Shown in pieces: positions 57,432-64,000 of a DNA stretch of 64,000 bases. The notes below the pieces were generated by a model, which saw only the letters and a program-made list of their open reading frames with translations, made no database searches and was not told the DNA's origin. Each line of letters starts with the position of its first letter. Position 1 is the first letter of the stretch. The translations under genes and the position numbers were made by a program. This stretch comes from Candidatus Daviesbacteria bacterium GW2011_GWA1_41_61. GTDB taxonomy: Bacteria; Patescibacteriota; Microgenomatia; Daviesbacterales; UBA10151. The stretch is from assembly GCA_000997385.1 (NCBI GenBank), contig LCBT01000003.1, forward strand, positions 892 through 64,891, written 5' to 3'.

Positions 57432-57854
57432 ATGTCTGATGGAGCTAAAGGAAATGTCGGACAATTAATAGCTGATATTGGTGAGGCAGTGGTCAAACCT
57501 GTAGTTGATGAGGTGGGTAAAGCGATAGAGGAGGGAGGACAATCTATAGCTGGGACAGGCCAGTTTTCCTCAAACCCTTCTAGTCCCCAAGAGCAACAGA
57601 AGAAAAAATTAGAAGAACAAAAAAGAAAAGACTGGGCTTTAAAGGTGATAGAGTGGAACAGCCAGATTCAGGCTACCCAACAAAAGGTTAGGCAGGAAAA
57701 TCAGCAAAGGGAGGTTCAACAAACCCAGCAGGAGCAAGAAACTAAAAAGGTTAAGCAGTTTGAGTTAGTTCAAAAACAACAAAAACAACAAAATTTAAAT
57801 CAAGCTCAGCTTCAAGAAAGAAAAGCTGAAATCAAAAGAGGTGTAGGAGGTTAA
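57432..57854 (+). CDS. Gln-rich hypothetical protein
   Basis: 140-aa coiled-coil-like ORF ending in GVGG. Confidence 0.6.
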   Translation: MSDGAKGNVGQLIADIGEAVVKPVVDEVGKAIEEGGQSIAGTGQFSSNPSSPQEQQKKKLEEQKRKDWALKVIEWNSQIQATQQKVRQENQQREVQQTQQEQETKKVKQFELVQKQQKQQNLNQAQLQERKAEIKRGVGG

Positions 57855-58762
57855 AGCCAGTTTAACATAGCTTGGGCAATCTCTTTATTATGGATAAAAT
57901 CAGAAGGTAAGATTTCATCAATTGTTTTGTTAAGTAACCTCTGATATTTTAACCATTTCGGTTGTTCTGTTTTACCTTGTCTGATTGGTTTTTCTTCTTC
58001 TAAACCGAACTCAGTCAGCAACCGTCTTCTTTCTCTAAAGATAGCAATATTAAAAGGATCATCATTAGGGATGTTTAAAGTTCCATTTTGTGGAACCCTC
58101 ATTGGTATGCCTTTTTGGACAAAGCCCCATTCCAAAAAGCGATCAAATCCTCTATGATTACCTCCTAAAAATGGATGGATTATGGCTAAACCCCAAAAGT
58201 AAAATTTAGCAATAGCACTAGCGATCTCTTCAAGATTACAAGCTTGGACAATTTCTCCTTCAAAATAGGTACTTATACGAGACATAAATAGATCAATATT
58301 GATGACTGGAGGGATGTAAATCGGGCTTTCTGGATGGTGATAGTCACGAGTAGAAACAGGCAAGGCTCCTGTGAAGTAGCTTTTAGCTTCCGGTATATAC
58401 CAACCAATATTTTCATTAGGAGCAAATAGTCCGAGAACTCGATAATTACCTTTAGGATAGTAATAGAAGGGAACATATCGATCTACTCTTCCATCTAACT
58501 CTTGGGTTATTTTAGCCGCTAATAGATCTTTGTGACTAGGAATAGGTTCTAGTCCTGCATAGAAAGCAATATGACGTAAACTTCGGTATTCATGTTCAAC
58601 ATCGGTAGGAATTGCATACCAAGTACCTGCTCGATGCAAAATTTGAAGTACTCTTTCTGGGTGATCTCCTCGATGAGCGAACCCGGGGATCAGATGATTT
58701 CTGATATGTTCGGTAACTTTTAACTTTTTATCGTATGGAACAGGTAAAATTTCTTTGTTCAT
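57851..58762 (-). CDS. Fic/Doc-family protein (variant motif)
   Basis: IHPFLGGNHR versus canonical HPFxDGNGR. Confidence 0.7.
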   Translation of the reverse strand: MNKEILPVPYDKKLKVTEHIRNHLIPGFAHRGDHPERVLQILHRAGTWYAIPTDVEHEYRSLRHIAFYAGLEPIPSHKDLLAAKITQELDGRVDRYVPFYYYPKGNYRVLGLFAPNENIGWYIPEAKSYFTGALPVSTRDYHHPESPIYIPPVINIDLFMSRISTYFEGEIVQACNLEEIASAIAKFYFWGLAIIHPFLGGNHRGFDRFLEWGFVQKGIPMRVPQNGTLNIPNDDPFNIAIFRERRRLLTEFGLEEEKPIRQGKTEQPKWLKYQRLLNKTIDEILPSDFIHNKEIAQAMLNWL

Positions 58763-58856
58763 ACCCTATAATAATACATCTTTTTCTTACTGAAATCAAA
58801 CTATAAGATAATTAATGAGCACTTGATCTTAAGTTTGAATTAGGTATACTTCTAAT

Positions 58857-60209
58857 ATGACAGTAAGCTTAAAACTTTACAACACTTTAACCAGGCAAGT
58901 GGAAGAGTTTAAACCTCTAAATCCACCTCATGTGGGGATGTATACTTGTGGTCCAACTGTTCATGATTTTGCCCATATTGGGAACTTAAGGACTTTTATT
59001 TTTGAAGACCTTTTACAAAAGGTTTTGGAAGCTGAAGGTTATAAAGTGGTGAGAGTTATGAATTTAACAGATATTGAGGATAAGATTATCAAAAAAGCTA
59101 AGGAAAAAGGTGTATCTTTGGAGGAATTTACCACCCCCTATGAGTTGGCTTTTTTTGAAGATTTAAGAAAGTTAAATATTAAATATGCAGATATTTATCC
59201 TAAAGCTACAGAACATATAGGAGGGATGGTCAAATATATCGAAGTTTTGGTGAAAAAAGGTCTGGCTTATGTAGCAGAAGATGGCTCAGTTTATTTTGAT
59301 ATCTCTAAATTCCCTGAGTATGGTAAGCTTTCCCAGCTGGATAAAAGAGAAGTTAAAGCTGGAGCCAGGGTAAAAGCTGATGAATATTCTAAAGAAGATG
59401 TCCAGGATTTTGCTTTATGGAAATCAGTAGATCCAGGAGAGGTAGGTTATGATTCTCCCTGGGGAAGAGGCAGACCTGGTTGGCATATTGAGTGTTCTGT
59501 TATGAGCCAGCAGTATCTGGGAGAAACTTTTGATATCCATGGAGGAGCAGTAGATTTAATCTTCCCTCACCATGAGAATGAGATTGCTCAAAGCGAAGGT
59601 AAAACAGGTAAGCAGTTTTCCATGTTTTTTGTAGAGGGAGAGCATCTTTTAGTTAATGGCCAGAAGATGGCCAAATCTTTAAAGAACTACTTTACTTTAA
59701 GAGATATTGAAGCCAAAGGCTTTGAACCACTGGCTTTAAGATATTTAGCTTTAACAGCTCATTACAGGGATAAGTTAAATTTTACCTGGAAATCTTTACA
59801 GGCAGCCCAAAATGCTTTGAATAATTTACGGGAGGAAGTAAGAGATTGGGATCAATCTAAGATTGGTTGTGCAGAATATGAAAGAAGATTTTTTAATGCT
59901 GTCGATAATGATTTAAATGTTCCTCAGGCTTTGGCTATTTTATGGGAATTAGTAAAGTCCGATTACCCAACCTCTGCCAAGGCTGAAAGTTTATTAAAAT
60001 TTGATAAAATTTTGGGATTAAAATTGGATGAGTATTTGGGTAAACCTTTAGAAGTTCCAGAAGAAGTTCAAAAATTGGTTGATCAAAGGGAAAAGGTAAG
60101 GAAAAATAAAGACTTTCAAAAGTCAGATGAGCTAAGGGATGAGATTAAAAAGATGGGTTATGAAATGGAAGATACACCCACTGGCCCAAAGGTGAAGAAA
60201 GTGTTATAG
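58857..60209 (+). CDS. cysS: Cysteine--tRNA ligase
   Basis: CGPTV, HIGN, DFALWK, GRPGWHIECS, FPHHENE, KMAKS. Confidence 0.97.
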   Translation: MTVSLKLYNTLTRQVEEFKPLNPPHVGMYTCGPTVHDFAHIGNLRTFIFEDLLQKVLEAEGYKVVRVMNLTDIEDKIIKKAKEKGVSLEEFTTPYELAFFEDLRKLNIKYADIYPKATEHIGGMVKYIEVLVKKGLAYVAEDGSVYFDISKFPEYGKLSQLDKREVKAGARVKADEYSKEDVQDFALWKSVDPGEVGYDSPWGRGRPGWHIECSVMSQQYLGETFDIHGGAVDLIFPHHENEIAQSEGKTGKQFSMFFVEGEHLLVNGQKMAKSLKNYFTLRDIEAKGFEPLALRYLALTAHYRDKLNFTWKSLQAAQNALNNLREEVRDWDQSKIGCAEYERRFFNAVDNDLNVPQALAILWELVKSDYPTSAKAESLLKFDKILGLKLDEYLGKPLEVPEEVQKLVDQREKVRKNKDFQKSDELRDEIKKMGYEMEDTPTGPKVKKVL

Positions 60210-60220
60210 TATCAGTGTAA

Positions 60221-60439
60221 ATGGCTGAGAGGCAATTAGGGTTTACTATTAATAATAAAAACGAGTTTGAATTGTGTGATCCTAGCTGGGGTTTACCTCC
60301 CAGACCATTAAAATGGCCCACAGCAGAAGAGCTATTGGAAGCTGCGAAAAATGAGCCAGACCCTCGAGAAGTATTAAGACAAAGACAGGGAAGGTATTTT
60401 TTCCTACGTCGTCCATTACCAAGGATAAAAGCTAGTTGA
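60221..60439 (+). CDS. Small hypothetical protein
   Basis: 72-aa ORF filling the cysS-rarA gap. Confidence 0.5.
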   Translation: MAERQLGFTINNKNEFELCDPSWGLPPRPLKWPTAEELLEAAKNEPDPREVLRQRQGRYFFLRRPLPRIKAS

Positions 60440-60470
60440 ACTTCGGATATTTTTCGGATAATATCTTCCT

Positions 60471-61673
60471 ATGACACCCTTAGCAGATAGAATGAGGCCT
60501 CAAAATCTTTCTCAAGTTGTAGGACAACAGCATCTTGTTAGTGAAGGTAAGATCTTACACAAGGTTGTCCAAAGTAGGCAGCCCTTTTCTTTAATTTTTT
60601 GGGGACCTCCGGGTGTTGGTAAAACTACTTTAGCCAGGGTCTTAGCTTCAGAGTTAGGGGCAGAGTTTCATGAATTCTCAGCAGTCACCACTGGAATTGT
60701 AGAGATTAAAAAGTTAATAGAAGAGATAAGACTTCAGGCAAAAGGAACATCCCCCATTCTCTTTATTGATGAGATCCATCGGTTTAGTAAAGCCCAGCAA
60801 GATGCCCTGCTTCCTCATGTAGAACGGGGTACAGTGATTTTTATGGGAGCTACTACCGAAAACCCCAGTTTTGAAGTGATCGGTCCACTTCTTTCCCGTA
60901 CTAGAGTTTTAACTTTACAAAGTTTGTCTAAAGAAGAGATGGAAGGATTAATTGATAGAGCCTTGAAAGATAAGGAGAGAGGTTTGGGCCAATTTAAAGT
61001 CAAACTTAAACCTGAAGCTTTGGATTTTTTGATAGAGGTTTCAGGTGGTGATGCCAGAATGGTTCTAAATACTTTGGAAATTGCCGTTAATTTAGCCTGC
61101 CACCCCGAGAGTGGAAGCACAAAAAATATGATGGTGATAAACAAAGTAGATATTGAGGAGGCGGTGCAGAAAAAAGCTTTATTTTATGATAAACATGGGG
61201 AGGAACATTACAACACCATTTCGGCTTTTATTAAATCCATGAGGGCTTCTAACATGACGGCTGCTTTATATTATTTGGCTCGGATGGTAGAAGCTGGAGA
61301 AGATCCCTTATTTATTGCCCGAAGGATGGTCATCTTTGCCTCGGAAGATATCGGTCAGGCCCAACCTACAGCTTTAGTGGTGGCCAATGAAGTGTTTAAG
61401 GCTTGTGAAGTGATAGGTTACCCAGAATGTCAGATTAATTTAGCTCATGGGGTGGTTTATTTATCATCAGCCAAAAAAGACAGATCTTCTTATGAGGCTT
61501 ACTTTAAAGCTTTAGAAGATGTTAAAAAGTATGGAAATTTACCTATCCCCCTGAATTTAAGAAATGCTTCTACAAAATTAATGAAAGATTTAGGTTATGG
61601 AAAAGGTTATGAAAAATACAGTAAAGAAGATTTACTGCCGGAAAAATTAAAGGGGAAAAAGTATTTTGGCTAA
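60471..61673 (+). CDS. rarA: Replication-associated recombination protein RarA/MgsA
   Basis: PLADRMRP, WGPPGVGKTT, IDEIHRF, GATTENP, ISAFIKS, ASEDIG. Confidence 0.96.
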   Translation: MTPLADRMRPQNLSQVVGQQHLVSEGKILHKVVQSRQPFSLIFWGPPGVGKTTLARVLASELGAEFHEFSAVTTGIVEIKKLIEEIRLQAKGTSPILFIDEIHRFSKAQQDALLPHVERGTVIFMGATTENPSFEVIGPLLSRTRVLTLQSLSKEEMEGLIDRALKDKERGLGQFKVKLKPEALDFLIEVSGGDARMVLNTLEIAVNLACHPESGSTKNMMVINKVDIEEAVQKKALFYDKHGEEHYNTISAFIKSMRASNMTAALYYLARMVEAGEDPLFIARRMVIFASEDIGQAQPTALVVANEVFKACEVIGYPECQINLAHGVVYLSSAKKDRSSYEAYFKALEDVKKYGNLPIPLNLRNASTKLMKDLGYGKGYEKYSKEDLLPEKLKGKKYFG

Positions 61674-61730
61674 AGAACTTGTTAACTTCAATATTGTTTT
61701 ATCTTATCTCTATTTGTTAAACTAGTAAAA

Positions 61731-62996
61731 ATGTACAAGATTTCTACTTTAAAAAATGGTTTAACTTTAATTACCATTGATTTGCCTCACCTTGATTCTG
61801 TGACCACTATGGTGGCAGTGGGCGCTGGATCCAGAAATGAAGACCGTAGGATCGGCGGGATAGCCCACTTTTTTGAACATATGTTTTTTAAAGGCTCCCG
61901 CAAATACCCCACAGCCTTAGAAATTTCTACTTTAGTGGATGGGATAGGAGCCATCAATAATGCCTTTACCTCCAAAGAGTTTACCGGTTATTGGATTAAA
62001 TCAGCCTCAGATCAGGTAGAACTGGCCACAGATATTATCTCCTCCGGGTTGTCCGAACCAATACTGGCTGAAGAGGAGATTACTAAAGAAAAGGGAGTGA
62101 TTGTGGAGGAAAGAAGAATGTATCAGGATAACCCCGCTCGGTGGGTTTATGACCTTTTCTTTGAGCTGGTTTTTGGTGATACCCCGATGGGTTGGAATAT
62201 TATTGGAGAAGAAAAAGTGATTCAATCTTTTGCCAGAAGGGACTTCCAGGATTTTATTAAAAGCTTTTATTCCCCCAAAAATATGGCCTTAGTTTTTGCC
62301 GGAAAGATTGGTGACCGCGGGGAAGAGCTGGCAGAGAAGTACTTTTCCAATTTGCCAGATTATCAAAATCAAAAACCTCAAACTTTTAAACCAACTGGAC
62401 AGCCAAAGGCTAAGGTGAATATTTCATATAAAAAAACCGATCAGGTTAACATTGTCTTGGGTGGTTTAAGTTATGACCGTTCTGATCCCAGAAGATATGC
62501 AGCCTACCTTTTGGCCTCTTTATTGGGGGAGAGTATGAGTTCCCGGCTGTTTACTGAAGTCAGAGAAAAAAGAGGTCTGGCTTACCATGTTTCCGCTGAT
62601 GTGGAGGACTATAGGGACAGCGGCATGTTGGCAATTTATGCCGGGTTGAAGTTAGAGAAGGCATTGGAGGGAATGAAAGTGATTTTAGAACAGTTAGAGA
62701 GATTGAAAGTTGAGTCAGTGACTGAGGAAGAGTTGAAAAAGGTCAAAGAGATGCAAAAAGGCAGGATGGCTATCAGATCTGAGTCAACTAACTACTTGGC
62801 TCAGTTTTATGGTTTGCAGTGGGTAATAGATAGAAAAATTGAGACATCTGATCAATATTTGGAGAAGTTAAACCGGGTGAGCGCTGAAGATCTGATGGTG
62901 GTAGCCAAAGATTTATTCCAGCTGCAGAAACTAAACTTACAAGTTATTGGTCCCTTAAGAAGCGCTGCTCCGCTGGAAAAAATCCTCAAAACTTAA
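61731..62996 (+). CDS. M16 family zinc peptidase
   Basis: HFFEHMFFKG, NAFTS, SRLFTEVREKRGLAY. Confidence 0.92.
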   Translation: MYKISTLKNGLTLITIDLPHLDSVTTMVAVGAGSRNEDRRIGGIAHFFEHMFFKGSRKYPTALEISTLVDGIGAINNAFTSKEFTGYWIKSASDQVELATDIISSGLSEPILAEEEITKEKGVIVEERRMYQDNPARWVYDLFFELVFGDTPMGWNIIGEEKVIQSFARRDFQDFIKSFYSPKNMALVFAGKIGDRGEELAEKYFSNLPDYQNQKPQTFKPTGQPKAKVNISYKKTDQVNIVLGGLSYDRSDPRRYAAYLLASLLGESMSSRLFTEVREKRGLAYHVSADVEDYRDSGMLAIYAGLKLEKALEGMKVILEQLERLKVESVTEEELKKVKEMQKGRMAIRSESTNYLAQFYGLQWVIDRKIETSDQYLEKLNRVSAEDLMVVAKDLFQLQKLNLQVIGPLRSAAPLEKILKT

Positions 62997-63085
62997 ATTT
63001 ACTATTGCTGGAAAAGTTTAGTTTTGTTAAAGTGATTTGTTATAGACTTTCCTTCGGAAATGAAAGCTTGGAGAGGATTTAAACT

Positions 63086-64000
63086 ATGAAAAAGCAAAAC
63101 CCTTTTGAAGGTGCTTTGGCGCAGCTGATTAAGGCTTCTGAATTTGTTGATATTGAAGACTGGGTGGTGGATATTTTATCTCAGCCCGAAAGAACTATTC
63201 AGGTCAGTTTTCCGTTAAAGAAAGATAACGGAGAGATAAAGATGGTTAACGGTTACCGAGTTCAGTATAACAACTGGCGGGGGCCTTACAAGGGAGGTTT
63301 AAGATATCATCCGGATGTGGATATGGATGAGGTCAAAGCCTTGGCTTTTTGGATGACTATTAAAAATGCTGTTTGTGATGTTCCATTTGGAGGAGGAAAA
63401 GGTGGGGTAGAGATCGATCCTAAATCTTTATCCAAAGTAGAATTGGAGCAATTAACCAGAAGTTTTGCTTCTAAGCTTACTCCCAACATTGGCCCGGAGT
63501 TTGATGTGCCGGCTCCGGATGTCAATACTAATGCCCAGATTATGGATTGGTTTGTTGATGAGTATGTAAAGCAACTCAAAACTCAAAACTTAAAACTTAA
63601 AAGTGAATACACTGAAAACCAGTTACAGGCTGTTGTTACAGGGAAGCCGGTGGGTAAAGGTGGATCTGAAGGGAGGGAAGAAGCTACAGGTATGGGAGGG
63701 TTTTTGGTGCTGGAGGAGTTGGTAAAAAAAATGAATTTACAAAAACCGTTAAAGGTGGCAGTTCAGGGTTTTGGCAATGTGGGTTCTCATATTGCTGCTT
63801 TACTACATCAAAACGGTTACTCTGTAGTCGGGCTTTCTGATTCCAAGGGAGGGATTAAAGATGAAAGCGGTCAGGGCTTTAACATTGAGTTAGTTCAGTC
63901 TTGCAAGTTAGAAAGAGGGATGATTGCTGATTGCTACTGCATTGGGACAGTCTGCGATTTGAGAAATAATCATCATGGGGAGATCAGTAATGAAGAGCTT
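63086..64000 (+). CDS. gdhA: Glu/Leu/Phe/Val dehydrogenase (glutamate dehydrogenase), running off the window; absent from the ORF track
   Basis: Manual translation from ATG 63086 gives GPYKGGLRYHP, PFGGGKGG, DVPAPD, VTGKP, GGSEGREEATG, QGFGNVG. Confidence 0.93.
   Translation, partial: MKKQNPFEGALAQLIKASEFVDIEDWVVDILSQPERTIQVSFPLKKDNGEIKMVNGYRVQYNNWRGPYKGGLRYHPDVDMDEVKALAFWMTIKNAVCDVPFGGGKGGVEIDPKSLSKVELEQLTRSFASKLTPNIGPEFDVPAPDVNTNAQIMDWFVDEYVKQLKTQNLKLKSEYTENQLQAVVTGKPVGKGGSEGREEATGMGGFLVLEELVKKMNLQKPLKVAVQGFGNVGSHIAALLHQNGYSVVGLSDSKGGIKDESGQGFNIELVQSCKLERGMIADCYCIGTVCDLRNNHHGEISNEEL

Noticed and set aside
56083-62996. Two M16 peptidases as a heterodimeric processing system
   Set aside because: Both retain HxxEH and they are not adjacent; paralogous M16 genes are common.
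2266-63579. Dozens of 60-150 aa ORFs antisense to or nested in long genes (e.g. 24627-24989, 27507-27917, 49304-49753, 63307-63579)
   Set aside because: They lie wholly within well-supported genes, show no motifs, and read as antisense shadows.
1-64000. CRISPR array, tRNA, rRNA or diversity-generating retroelement
   Set aside because: I saw no regularly spaced repeat-spacer run, cloverleaf, rRNA-like tract, reverse transcriptase or template/variable repeat pair. This was a scan by eye only.

Overview
AT-rich, gene-dense bacterial chromosome segment using the standard genetic code (TGA is used as a stop). It most resembles a Candidate Phyla Radiation (Patescibacteria, Microgenomates-like) genome; this is inferred from the short EF-Ts, the divergent bL28 and the pilus locus. 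Contents in order: a PIN toxin fragment; a type IV pilus locus (frameshifted pilin-LamG gene, sensor kinase/receiver, pilB, pilC, minor and major pilins); bL28, fmt/def and an O-antigen-ligase/TPR protein; mreB-[HAD, pyrD-pyrE-pyrF insert]-mreC-mreD-PBP2; dprA, a membrane-anchored Clp ATPase and topA; a pyrG-dcd-thyA-folA-dut-ndk cluster; rpsB-tsf-frr-rseP, proS, a RAYT-like HUH transposase, tig, rpsU-yqeY-ybeY-dnaX-glyA-folD-ybaB-recR, two M16 peptidases, Fic, cysS, rarA and a partial gdhA. The strongest unexplained signals are: (1) a 31-bp TAG...CTA-bounded palindromic repeat family that matches the flank of the RAYT gene, supplies stop codons to genes, and has relatives inserted in frame in housekeeping proteins; (2) a 23-bp element inserted in different reading frames of pyrG and proS; (3) 7-bp tandem arrays inside many essential ORFs; (4) a 1-kb HIT plus nucleotidyltransferase cassette integrated at the topA 3' end with a 23-bp direct repeat; (5) pervasive leaderless gene architecture. 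No rRNA, tRNA or CRISPR array was seen. All calls come from motif recognition by eye; no database searches were run.
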